A stretch of 41,775 nucleotides of DNA. Origin: an uncultured Fibrobacteria bacterium. Its GTDB lineage: Bacteria; Fibrobacterota; Fibrobacteria; UBA11236. The DNA lies in NCBI GenBank assembly GCA_965652255.1, contig CBFGVC010000001.1, forward strand, positions 1-41,775, in the 5' to 3' direction. The notes under the pieces were generated by a model. It made no database searches, had not been told where the DNA came from, and saw nothing but the letters and a program-made list of their open reading frames with translations. Positions 19,258 through 28,792 of this stretch are shown piece after piece. The translations under genes were made by a program, and so were the position numbers. Every line of letters starts with the position of its first letter. Positions within the stretch are counted from its first letter, which is position 1.

Positions 19258-20211
19258 ATGGAACATACGGAAAACACCAAGACCTTCTGGCTCCCCGAGC
19301 AGGCTTCGACATTCGCCGGCATGGTGGACTGGGCCTTCAATCTTTATCTCTGGATATCGGTCTTCTTCTTCGTGCTGGTGATCGGGCTCATGGCGCTCTT
19401 CCTGGTGCGCTATCGCCGGCGCCGGGAGGACCAGCTCGCCACGGGCCAGATGACCCACAACACGCTCCTGGAAACCTCATGGACGATCGTTCCCCTGATC
19501 ATCGTCATGGGGCTGTTCTTCATCGGCATGCGCGGCTGGTGGCACATGCGCATCGCCCCTTCCGATTCCCTGGTGGTCGAGGTGACGGGCCTCAAGTGGA
19601 GCTGGTCCTTCAAGTACCCCCAAGGCTTCACGAATGACACCCTCGTCGTGCCCGTCGACCAGCCCGTCAGGCTGCGCGTGACCAGCACCGACGTCATCCA
19701 CGGCTTTTACATCCCCGCCTTCCGCACCAAGGCCGACGTGGTACCCGGCCGCTGGCACAGCCTGTGGTTCGAGGCCACCAAGACCGGCGTTTACCCGGTG
19801 CTTTGCACGCAGTACTGCGGCACCAGCCACTCCTACATGCTCTCGGCAGTCAAGGTGCTGGAGCGCGAGGAGTACGACGCTTGGGCCAAGGAGGCCGCCG
19901 CGGCCTCCGGCGCCGACGTGCCGCTCGAGGAACTGGGGGCGCGGGTCTACACGCAACGCGGCTGCAACGCCTGCCATAGCGTGGATGGCAAGCCCGGCAT
20001 CGGCCCGACCTGGCTGGGGATGTGGGGCAAGACCCACGCACTGACCAACGGCCAGACCGTCACCGTGGACGCCGACTACATCCGCCGGTCGATCATCGAT
20101 CCCGCATCCGAGATCGTCGCCGGTTTCCCGCCGGTCATGCCCTCGTACAAGGGCATCGTGAGCGACCGGGAAATCGACGCCTTGACCGCTTACATCCAGA
20201 CCCTGAAATAA
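19258..20211 (+). CDS. ctaC: cytochrome c oxidase subunit II with fused C-terminal cytochrome c domain (caa3-type)
   Basis: CuA site VIHGFYIP...CTQYCGTSHSYM and a C-terminal CNACH heme c site. Start taken at ATG 19258 (MEHTENTK...); the track start at 19156 adds a Pro/Arg-rich extension. Confidence 0.92.
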   Translation: MEHTENTKTFWLPEQASTFAGMVDWAFNLYLWISVFFFVLVIGLMALFLVRYRRRREDQLATGQMTHNTLLETSWTIVPLIIVMGLFFIGMRGWWHMRIAPSDSLVVEVTGLKWSWSFKYPQGFTNDTLVVPVDQPVRLRVTSTDVIHGFYIPAFRTKADVVPGRWHSLWFEATKTGVYPVLCTQYCGTSHSYMLSAVKVLEREEYDAWAKEAAAASGADVPLEELGARVYTQRGCNACHSVDGKPGIGPTWLGMWGKTHALTNGQTVTVDADYIRRSIIDPASEIVAGFPPVMPSYKGIVSDREIDALTAYIQTLK

Positions 20212-20232
20212 CGCGGAACGGAACCGACCAAC

Positions 20233-21833
<1,601 letters not shown>

Positions 21834-21834
<1 letters not shown>

Positions 21835-22487
21835 TGTCGGCCGAAATCACCGCTCCCAAGGAGCACGAAGTCGCCCACCATTTCGACGATCTCGAGCAGG
21901 AGTTCGAGTCGCACCGAATGGGCATGTGGCTGTTCCTGGCCTCCGAGATCATGATGTTCGGCGCCCTGCTGGTGGGCGGCTTCATGCTGCTCTACCGCTT
22001 CCCCGAGGCCTTCGCCGAGGGACGCGCCCACCTCGACTGGCGCCTGGGGGCCATCAACACCTTCTTCCTGCTCACCAGCGGCTTCACAATGGCGCTGGCG
22101 GCGCTTCACGGGCAGCGTGGCGACCAGGCGAAGGTGCGCCGGGCCCTCTGGCTCAGCATTCTGTTTGCCGCCGCCTTCCTCGTGGTCAAGGCCTTCGAGT
22201 ATTCCTCGAAGATTCACCACGGAACCCTCCCCGGGGGCTTCTGGTCGGCGGAGGGCTTCACCTCCGAGCACGCCCACGTGTTCTTCGGCTACTACTTCAC
22301 GGCCACCGGCCTGCACGTCGTGCACGTCCTGATCGGCATGGGCCTCATGGCCTGGTGTCTCCTGGTCTCGCGCAAGGTGAAGTTCACGCGCGCCTACATC
22401 ACTCCGGTCGAGCTGAGCGGCCTGTACTGGGCCCTGATCGACCTGGTCTGGTTCGTCCTCTTCCCCCTTCTCTACCTGGTGGGCTGA
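21834..22487 (+). CDS. ctaE: cytochrome c oxidase subunit III
   Basis: Start overlaps the ctaD stop by 1 nt. 217-aa membrane protein with the HFDDLEQEFESHRMGMWLFLASEIMMFG N-terminus typical of subunit III. Confidence 0.9.
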
Positions 22488-22491
22488 CCTT

Positions 22492-22977
22492 ATGTCGCAT
22501 CCCGATTCGAACGAAAAGCTTCCCGGACACACCTACGACGCCAAGGTCCTGTTGCGGGTCTACCTGACCTTGCTCGCCTTCGCGGCGGCGATGGTGGCGA
22601 TCTCGCGCCTTCCCCTCGAGGCCCTGCCCATCGAGTGGATCGACCTTCACGTGCTGAAGGGCCTGATCATCCTCGGACTCTCCGTCGCCATGACGGCCGT
22701 GGTGGCCGGATACCTGATGGGCCTCAAGTACGAGTCCTCGAAGTTGAACACCTTGCTGTTCCTGAGCAACTTCGCCTTCCTCGCCCTGTTCGCCGTCTTC
22801 ACCTGGGCCGATGTCCGTTACCGCGGGCTTATCGACCCCTCCTTCGAGAAGCAGATCAACTGGGAATCGCCGGTGATCAAGGCCAACGAAGCCGCCAAGG
22901 AAAACGCCGCCGGGGATGATGACGATTACGACTACGATGACGAGGACGACTACGATTACGATTACGAGGACGAGTAA
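22492..22977 (+). CDS. cytochrome c oxidase subunit IV-like small membrane protein with an acidic Asp/Tyr-rich tail
   Basis: Three predicted TM helices directly after ctaE. The C-terminal 20 aa read DDDDYDYDDEDDYDYDYEDE (22915-22974). Confidence 0.75.
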   Translation: MSHPDSNEKLPGHTYDAKVLLRVYLTLLAFAAAMVAISRLPLEALPIEWIDLHVLKGLIILGLSVAMTAVVAGYLMGLKYESSKLNTLLFLSNFAFLALFAVFTWADVRYRGLIDPSFEKQINWESPVIKANEAAKENAAGDDDDYDYDDEDDYDYDYEDE

Positions 22978-22986
22978 GCCGTCCTC

Positions 22987-23676
22987 GTGAATCGGAGTCC
23001 GATGCCCACGCCGCACCCCCCTGCCCTCTCCCGCCGCTCGCTCCTCCTTCTGTCGCTGATGGCCCCGGCGGGCCTCCTGGTCATCGCCGGCATCATCGCG
23101 CTGCTCCAGTACCGGCAGTTCCGTGGAATGGTATCCCCCGAACCCGTCGTGTCCGAATCCGTGCCGACCACCGGCGATTCGGCTCGCCTCGCGGCGCTCG
23201 GCGGCCTGCTGAGGAGGTTTCCGGCAGGCGAAGGCCCCGACACCTTGTCCCTCTCCCTCTCCGACCTGACCTTGCTGGCGGCCGCTTCTCCGGCCGTCAT
23301 CCGCGACGGCCTCCGCATCCGCCTCGTCGCGCACGACTCGCTGTTGGCGATGGAAACATCCCGCCCCGTGGACTCCCTTCAAGGTCGCGCGGCCGGATTT
23401 TTCAAGCGCATCGCCCCCGTGCCGGACGGGTGGCTGAATGCCCGCGTGGAGGGCCTGCCGGAATGGAAGAAAGGGGCGCTCACGCTCGACCCCGAACGGG
23501 GCTACCTCAATGGCACGAAGGTCCCGCGCACGGCGCTGACCAAGCGCGGCGGACTCACGCCGCGCGACTTCCTCGCCCCGGAGCAGCTTCCAGCTTATGA
23601 AAGGTTCCTGGAGGCGCTGGACACGGTGTGGTACGATGGAAAAAGCGTGCTTTTGATTCGAAATCGCGGCCGATAA
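22987..23676 (+). CDS. hypothetical N-terminally anchored protein at the tail of the oxidase operon
   Basis: GTG 22987 or ATG 23002. One TM helix (LLLLSLMAPAGLLVIAGIIALL) and host-like composition. No motif recognised. Confidence 0.6.
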   Translation: MNRSPMPTPHPPALSRRSLLLLSLMAPAGLLVIAGIIALLQYRQFRGMVSPEPVVSESVPTTGDSARLAALGGLLRRFPAGEGPDTLSLSLSDLTLLAAASPAVIRDGLRIRLVAHDSLLAMETSRPVDSLQGRAAGFFKRIAPVPDGWLNARVEGLPEWKKGALTLDPERGYLNGTKVPRTALTKRGGLTPRDFLAPEQLPAYERFLEALDTVWYDGKSVLLIRNRGR

Positions 23677-23731
23677 TAGTGCCCGGATGTATAAGGAAAT
23701 GAGTTATATTGACTCTTCAGGAGGGTGAATC

Positions 23732-23896
23732 ATGTCGAACGGCGCCAATATTTCCAAAAAGGAAGCGGACAAAGTTGTTCGCGAAATGAAGGCGTTTACA
23801 AGAAAGCTTTCTTCCTCCTCTTCGCTTGCCAAGAAATTCCTTGAAAAGACGGGAATTTATACGCATTCCGGGGCACTTAAAGCGTCTTATAAGTAA
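23732..23896 (+). CDS. 54-aa Lys-rich helical protein (candidate partner or antitoxin of the following gene)
   Basis: Not in the ORF track (too short). AGGAGGG lies at 23719-23725, 6-7 nt before ATG 23732. Hand translation: MSNGANISKKEADKVVREMKAFTRKLSSSSSLAKKFLEKTGIYTHSGALKASYK, with TAA at 23894-23896. It lies in the low-GC islet. Confidence 0.5.
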   Translation: MSNGANISKKEADKVVREMKAFTRKLSSSSSLAKKFLEKTGIYTHSGALKASYK

Positions 23897-23905
23897 TCCA
23901 TCGCA

Positions 23906-24508
23906 GTGCAATCATTTTTCCCGTCCTTCATCCTGGCTTACCATGGATGCGATAAGTCGGTTGGTGAAAAAGTATTACTCGGCGAAGCAAGGCTCGACCA
24001 TAGCAAGAACGACTATGACTGGTTGGGGAGTGGCGTGTACTTCTGGGAAGGTAATCCATCACGTGCCTTGGAATATGCGCGCCATTTGAAAGCCCATCCA
24101 CAAAAAGGCAAGCCGCCGATTCGGGATCCTTTTGTGGTTGGAGCAGTGATTGATCTGGGGAATTGCCTCAACCTCACGGAGCACGGTTATCTCAAAATCG
24201 TACAAGAAGGTTATAACATGTTGGTCGCCTCGTCCGAAAAGCATGGCGCGCCCCTCCCAAAAAATTCCTCCCCGAAGGGAGAAACGCACGATTTGCTTCT
24301 AAGGCGTCTCGATTGCGCTGTAATTGAAACCATACATGCCTTTTACAAGGATGCCGAAAAACCGGCATTCGATACAGTCAGGGGAATCTTCGTGGAGGGT
24401 GGCCCTTTATACGAGAATTCCGGATTCCACGGGAAAACCCATATACAAGTTTGCGTTCGCAATGATTCGTGTATCAAAGGTTACTTCCGCCCGGCAATGC
24501 CTGCATGA
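23906..24508 (+). CDS. 200-aa protein with an ADP-ribosyltransferase-fold-like H-Y-[E/Q] signature (PARP/DUF3990-like); function unknown
   Basis: AYHGCD, then 25 aa, then WLGSGVYFWE. This mirrors the ART beta1-His and G-x-G-(I/V)-Y-F blocks. Candidate third catalytic position lies in LYENSGF or THIQVCV. GTG start 9 nt after the upstream ORF. About 42-52% GC in hand-counted 60-mers. The stop TGA overlaps the gph ATG. Confidence 0.6.
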   Translation: MQSFFPSFILAYHGCDKSVGEKVLLGEARLDHSKNDYDWLGSGVYFWEGNPSRALEYARHLKAHPQKGKPPIRDPFVVGAVIDLGNCLNLTEHGYLKIVQEGYNMLVASSEKHGAPLPKNSSPKGETHDLLLRRLDCAVIETIHAFYKDAEKPAFDTVRGIFVEGGPLYENSGFHGKTHIQVCVRNDSCIKGYFRPAMPA

Positions 24509-25197
24509 GCTTAACTCGTCTCACCTCATTCAACCTTTGGGTCTTCGACCTCGACGGCACCTTGATCGACAGCCGCCTCGACCTCGCGAACGCCGTCAAC
24601 GGCACGCTCGAGGCGCGCGGCCTCCCCCGGCTGCCCGAGGACCTCATCGTGTCCTTCGTGGGCGACGGCGCGGACGACCTGATCCTGCGCTCCTTCGCGG
24701 CGGCAGGATGGCCCCAGGCCGAGGCCCGTGAAAACCTTCCCGCCATCCTGCGCGAATTCCTGGACCGCTACGCCGCCCATTGCCTCGACCGCACCACGGT
24801 GTTCCCCGGCGCGCGCGAGCTTCTCGACGCGCTCAAGGCCCGCGGCCTGCCCCTCGCCGTGCTCACCAACAAGCCCGACCGCCTCACGCGCGCGGTGCTG
24901 GCAGGCCTCGGCCTGCAGGACTATTTCACCGAGGTGGTCCCGGGCGACGGACCGCTCGGGAAGAAACCCGACCCCCGCGGATTGGCCTATATTATGAAGG
25001 CCATGAACTCTTCCCCGGGCGAATCCGTGCTGGTGGGCGACAGCATCCAGGACCTGCGCACGGCCCGCGCCGCGGGCACGGCTTTCCTGGCCTTTCTGGG
25101 CGGGCTCGGCGACGCGGAGGCCGTGGCCGCCGAGGGCCCCGACCTGGCGACCGGATCCTTCCTGGATCTCGCGCGAAAACTGGAGTCCGAAGGATGA
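24505..25197 (+). CDS. gph: HAD-IA hydrolase, phosphoglycolate phosphatase-like
   Basis: Motif I FDLDGTLIDS, motif II LTNKP, motif III KKPDP and motif IV VGDSIQD. Start taken at ATG 24505 (MSLTRL...), which forms ATGA with the upstream stop. Confidence 0.85.
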   Translation: MSLTRLTSFNLWVFDLDGTLIDSRLDLANAVNGTLEARGLPRLPEDLIVSFVGDGADDLILRSFAAAGWPQAEARENLPAILREFLDRYAAHCLDRTTVFPGARELLDALKARGLPLAVLTNKPDRLTRAVLAGLGLQDYFTEVVPGDGPLGKKPDPRGLAYIMKAMNSSPGESVLVGDSIQDLRTARAAGTAFLAFLGGLGDAEAVAAEGPDLATGSFLDLARKLESEG

Positions 25198-26600
25198 ACC
25201 CCGCCTCCAAGTACCTGCTCGCCACCTTCGGCTGCCAAATGAACGAGTACGACTCGAACCTCGTCGGCGCGATGCTGGAAAAGCGCGGCATGGCGATCAC
25301 CGAGAATCCCGACGAGGCCGACCTGTTCGTGGTGAACACATGCAGCATCCGCGGCGGCGCGGAGGACAAGGCCTACGCCCGCATCGCCACGCTGAGGCAC
25401 CACAAGCGGCACCGGCCGGGGGTGCGCATCGCGGTCATCGGGTGCATGGCGCAAAACCACGGGGAAAAAATCCCCACGGCCCTCGAGCACGTCGATTACG
25501 TCGTCGGCCCCGATGGCTACGGCGCATTGGAGGGGATGATCTTCGGCGGCGGCCCTTCCCCGGGATCCTCCGCGGAAGGGGACCTTCCCCGCCCTGCGGC
25601 GGTCTGGACCGAGCAGAACGACTTCGAGAACTACGCGGGGATGACCGCGCGACTCGACGGGTCGGTCACCGCGCACATCACCATCATGCGCGGCTGCAAC
25701 AAGCGCTGCACCTATTGCATCGTGCCGAGCGTGCGGGGCGTGGAGCGCAGCCGCGACGCGGCCGAGGTCGTGGCCGAGGCGCGGAACGCAGTGGCGCACG
25801 GCGTGCGGGAGATCTGCCTGCTCGGGCAAACGGTGAATTCCTACCGGCGCGACGGGGTGTCGTTCGCCGACCTGCTTCGCCGCCTGCAGGAGGTGGAGGG
25901 TCTTCGCCGCATCCGGTTCACCTCACCCCACCCTCGCCACTTCGACACCGAGACCATCCGCGCCATGGCCGAGTGCGACAAGGTCTGCAACCATGTCCAC
26001 ATGCCGCTGCAGTCCGGGTCGAACGCCCTGCTCAAGAAAATGCGGCGGCAGTACACGCGCGAGCGCTACCTCGAGATCGTCGCGGAGTTGCGCGCGGCCA
26101 TGCCCGAGGTCGCGATCACCACCGACATCATCGCCGGCTTCGTGGGCGAGACGGAGGCCGACTTCGAGGACACGCTCTCGCTGATGGAGGCGGTGCGATT
26201 CGACCACGCCTTCATGTTCTCCTATTCGCCTCGCGAGGGCACTCCTGCGTTCTCCGAGGTCGAGACGCTGACCGGCGCGGAGAAGCAGGCGCGCCTGGAG
26301 CGCGTCATCGAATTGCAGATGCGGCATACCGAGGAAAGGCTCGACGCGCTCCTTGGCCGCGACGAGGAGATCCTGGTCGAGTCTCCCTCGAGCCGCCCGG
26401 GACCGGACGGGAACGAATGGGTCGGCAAGACCCAAGGTTTCAAGAAGGTGATCGTACCCGCGGCCCCGGGCGTCGGAAAAGGCGCATTCGCCACCGTCCG
26501 CGTGCGGGAACGCCGGGGCCTCGTGCTGCGCGGCGAGATCGTGGACCTCCGCGAGCCCGTCGAAACCCTCGAACCGCTGGCGGCGCCATCCGCCCCCTGA
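25194..26600 (+). CDS. miaB: tRNA-i6A37 methylthiotransferase (radical SAM MTTase)
   Basis: N-terminal UPF0004 cysteines (FGCQMNEYDS, VNTCSIRGGAE), radical-SAM CNKRCTYCIVP and a C-terminal TRAM-like region. ATG 25194 forms ATGA with the gph stop. The track ORF start at 24780 lies inside gph. Confidence 0.9.
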   Translation: MNPASKYLLATFGCQMNEYDSNLVGAMLEKRGMAITENPDEADLFVVNTCSIRGGAEDKAYARIATLRHHKRHRPGVRIAVIGCMAQNHGEKIPTALEHVDYVVGPDGYGALEGMIFGGGPSPGSSAEGDLPRPAAVWTEQNDFENYAGMTARLDGSVTAHITIMRGCNKRCTYCIVPSVRGVERSRDAAEVVAEARNAVAHGVREICLLGQTVNSYRRDGVSFADLLRRLQEVEGLRRIRFTSPHPRHFDTETIRAMAECDKVCNHVHMPLQSGSNALLKKMRRQYTRERYLEIVAELRAAMPEVAITTDIIAGFVGETEADFEDTLSLMEAVRFDHAFMFSYSPREGTPAFSEVETLTGAEKQARLERVIELQMRHTEERLDALLGRDEEILVESPSSRPGPDGNEWVGKTQGFKKVIVPAAPGVGKGAFATVRVRERRGLVLRGEIVDLREPVETLEPLAAPSAP

Positions 26601-26613
26601 ACCCGGAGAGCCC

Positions 26614-26925
26614 ATGAATACGATCCGCCGCCTGCTCGCCGTCGTCCTGTTGATCGTCCTTGTGGTCGCGTTGTTCCAGAACCAGGAAAGCCTGGGGCTG
26701 GCCGTGGAGTTCGCCTTCTTCCGCTGGAGCTTCTCGCTGGTGCTGGGCTTCTGGCTGCTCTTCGCCTTCATCGCGGGCGCGGCGCTCTTCGCCGTGCTTG
26801 ACGCGTGGAGGGGCATGCTGCGCCGTATCGAGAACCGCCGGCGCGACCAGGAAACCGACGAGCTCCGCAGCGAGCTGGAGCGCCTGCGGGGCGGACAACG
26901 CGACGGGAGTCCGGATCCGCGATGA
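26614..26925 (+). CDS. LapA/YciS-like (DUF1049-type) small inner-membrane protein
   Basis: Two TM helices followed by a charged coiled tail (RRIENRRRDQETDELRSELERLR). GGAGAG lies upstream of the ATG. Confidence 0.65.
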   Translation: MNTIRRLLAVVLLIVLVVALFQNQESLGLAVEFAFFRWSFSLVLGFWLLFAFIAGAALFAVLDAWRGMLRRIENRRRDQETDELRSELERLRGGQRDGSPDPR

Positions 26926-28013
26926 GTCGCCTCCTGCGCATCGCCTTGCTTTCCTCGTCGCTGCTCGCGGGAGCCCTGCCCGTATGCCCCGCGGCGCAGG
27001 CCGCGGGCGACTCGCGCTTGGCCGATTCGGTGCGCCGGGAGGTGGGCGCGCTGGCGGCACAGGGCCGCCTCGAGCAGGCCCTCGGCCTGGTGGCTCGCCA
27101 CGGCGTGGACATGCCCGCGGCATGGCGAGCCATGTTCTCCGGCAAGCTCGAAATCGACGGTGAGGCCTCCGCGCAGGGCTATGCGGGCGCGACCGATGAC
27201 TCGGCCCCGGAACAAATGCGCGGGGAGGCCCTGTTCCGGATCGGACAGCATCACTACGCCGCCGGGCGCCACCACCTCGCCATCCCGCAGTTCCGGCAAT
27301 ACCTCGCCCATCACCCCGACGGCGCCTGGGCCGAGGCCTCGGCATACTGGATGGCCCACTCCTGCCTGCAGTACGCCCGGCAACGCGCCGGCCGCGCGGC
27401 TTACCTCGACACCGCCGAGGCCTACCTGAACCGGATAGAATCCAAGGGGCGGAACTCCTATTACTGGTCCCTCGCCCGCGCGGCCCGGGCCCGGATCCTG
27501 CTGGAGCGCGGCGACGCCGAAAGCCGTTCGGGAGCCGCCCGGGCCCTGCACGACGCCCGGTCCGCCACTCCCCCGGAGGAAACCCCGGCCGTGCTGCTGC
27601 TTTCGCTGCAAGCCCAGCCCTCCGCGCCCCAGGCAAGCGCCTGGGAGGATTCGCTGCGCTGGGCATACCCGCTCTCGCCCGAGACGCGCTCCCTGTCACG
27701 CCCGAACCCGACCATCGCGCCGACGCCGATGCCCCAGGCTGTTCCCCGGCCCCCATCGCCCCCACCCGTGACGATGGGAGGCTTCGCGCTCCAGCTCGGC
27801 GCCTTCGCCCAAGGCGACAACGCGGAACGCCTGCGCGCCGAGCTGGCCACGAAGGGAATCGACGCTCGCGTCGCGCCGATTTCCATTTCCGGCCGCGTCC
27901 TGCACCGGGTGCTCGCCGGCAACTACCCGGACGCCGAAACCGCGCAACGCGAAGGCGCGAGGATGCTGGGAGCGAGGGGGTATGAGTTCAGGGTGGTGGA
28001 GGAGAAGGAATAG
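26922..28013 (+). CDS. secreted TPR-like protein with a C-terminal SPOR (septal peptidoglycan-binding) domain
   Basis: Signal peptide MSRLLRIALLSSSLLAGALPVCPAAQA. C-terminal FALQLGAFAQGDNAERLRAELATKGIDARVAP...HRVLAGNYPDAETAQ is SPOR-like. ATG 26922 forms ATGA with the upstream stop. Confidence 0.8.
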   Translation: MSRLLRIALLSSSLLAGALPVCPAAQAAGDSRLADSVRREVGALAAQGRLEQALGLVARHGVDMPAAWRAMFSGKLEIDGEASAQGYAGATDDSAPEQMRGEALFRIGQHHYAAGRHHLAIPQFRQYLAHHPDGAWAEASAYWMAHSCLQYARQRAGRAAYLDTAEAYLNRIESKGRNSYYWSLARAARARILLERGDAESRSGAARALHDARSATPPEETPAVLLLSLQAQPSAPQASAWEDSLRWAYPLSPETRSLSRPNPTIAPTPMPQAVPRPPSPPPVTMGGFALQLGAFAQGDNAERLRAELATKGIDARVAPISISGRVLHRVLAGNYPDAETAQREGARMLGARGYEFRVVEEKE

Positions 28014-28166
28014 AACAGTACGACAATACAACAATAGAACACAGCGGCTGTCCCCGCCTTCCCTCGCCCCACAGTCTCGTCATCTAATTGTTGTATCGTT
28101 GCTCTGCCGTTTTGTAGTGCTGCTCCGCTACCGCATTGTTGCATTGCCGTATTGTTCTATTGTTCC
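28006..28166. repeat. long imperfect inverted-repeat element D (A/C-rich arm versus 8-nt-periodic ATTGTT arm), between the SPOR gene and tlpA
   Basis: Left arm AATAGAACAGTACGACAATACAACAATAGAACACAGCGG (28009-28047). The reverse complement of the right arm (28125-28166) is GGAACAATAGAACAATACGGCAATGCAACAATGCGGTAGCGG. About 22 of 25 core positions match, and one of the three mismatches is a G:U wobble. The right arm parses as ATTGTTGC|ATTGCCGT|ATTGTTCT|ATTGTTCC. Confidence 0.7.
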
Positions 28167-28169
28167 TAC

Positions 28170-28661
28170 ATGCTCCGCCCCCTCCTCCTCGCTCTCGCCT
28201 TGGCGCCGGCCCTCCTCGGCCTCCCCGGCTGCAAAAAAACGCCCGTCCCCGGAGAGCTCGCGCCTTTCACGCTCAAGACTTACGAGGGCGAGTCCGTCAC
28301 GTACGATCCGAAGGACGGCCGGGCAAGCCTCGTGGTATTCTGGGCCACGTGGTGCGTCCCGTGCATCGAGGAGATCCCCCATCTCAAGGACTTCCACCGC
28401 AAGTTCGCCGACCAAGGGTTCCACGTGGTCTCGATCAACATCGACGACCCCGAGGGCCGCAACGCCCCGACCTTGATGCGGCAGTTCGAGATCAATTATC
28501 CGGTGCTGGTGGAGGAAGACGAAAGGGCCGAGAAGGCGTTCGGGGGACTGCGCGCGTTGCCGACCTCGTTTCTCGTCGGGCGCGACGGCGAGGTGAAGAG
28601 GAGGATCGAAGGGCTATACCCGGCGGAGACGGTGGAGGGGTGGATCCTGGAGGTGCTGTAG
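28170..28661 (+). CDS. TlpA/ResA-like thiol:disulfide oxidoreductase lipoprotein
   Basis: Lipobox LLGLPGC and thioredoxin motif WATWCVPC. Start taken at ATG 28170 (MLRPLLL...). The track start at 28152 lies inside the right arm of the upstream hairpin. Confidence 0.88.
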   Translation: MLRPLLLALALAPALLGLPGCKKTPVPGELAPFTLKTYEGESVTYDPKDGRASLVVFWATWCVPCIEEIPHLKDFHRKFADQGFHVVSINIDDPEGRNAPTLMRQFEINYPVLVEEDERAEKAFGGLRALPTSFLVGRDGEVKRRIEGLYPAETVEGWILEVL

Positions 28662-28778
28662 CCGCGCACCCGCGTTTCCGCGCGCCATGCCTTTCCAACT
28701 CCCGAATCTCCGTCAACCCGGAGTTTCCCGGAAACGCGGTTGACCCGTCAGGGACCCGCAATTTCACAATTTAAATAA

Positions 28779-28792
28779 GGGTAACGTTACCC
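28779..28792. promoter_or_regulatory. perfect 14-bp palindrome GGGTAACGTTACCC in an AT-rich patch upstream of the RHS locus (operator candidate)
   Basis: The palindrome was checked base by base. It is embedded in CAATTTCACAATTTAAATAA-GGGTAACGTTACCC-TCAATATTTTAT, the most AT-rich non-coding stretch I noticed, about 275 nt upstream of ATG 29066. Confidence 0.5.

Noticed and set aside
23717-23911. 64-aa minus-strand ORF antisense to the 54-aa ORF in the low-GC islet
   Set aside because: It has no ribosome-binding site. The plus-strand 54-aa ORF has a strong AGGAGGG at correct spacing and is co-oriented with, and 9 nt from, the ART-like gene.
28152-28169. Upstream ATG (28152) for tlpA giving MFYCSY...
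   Set aside because: It lies inside the right arm of hairpin element D. ATG 28170 gives a clean lipoprotein signal (MLRPLLLALALAPALLGLPGC).
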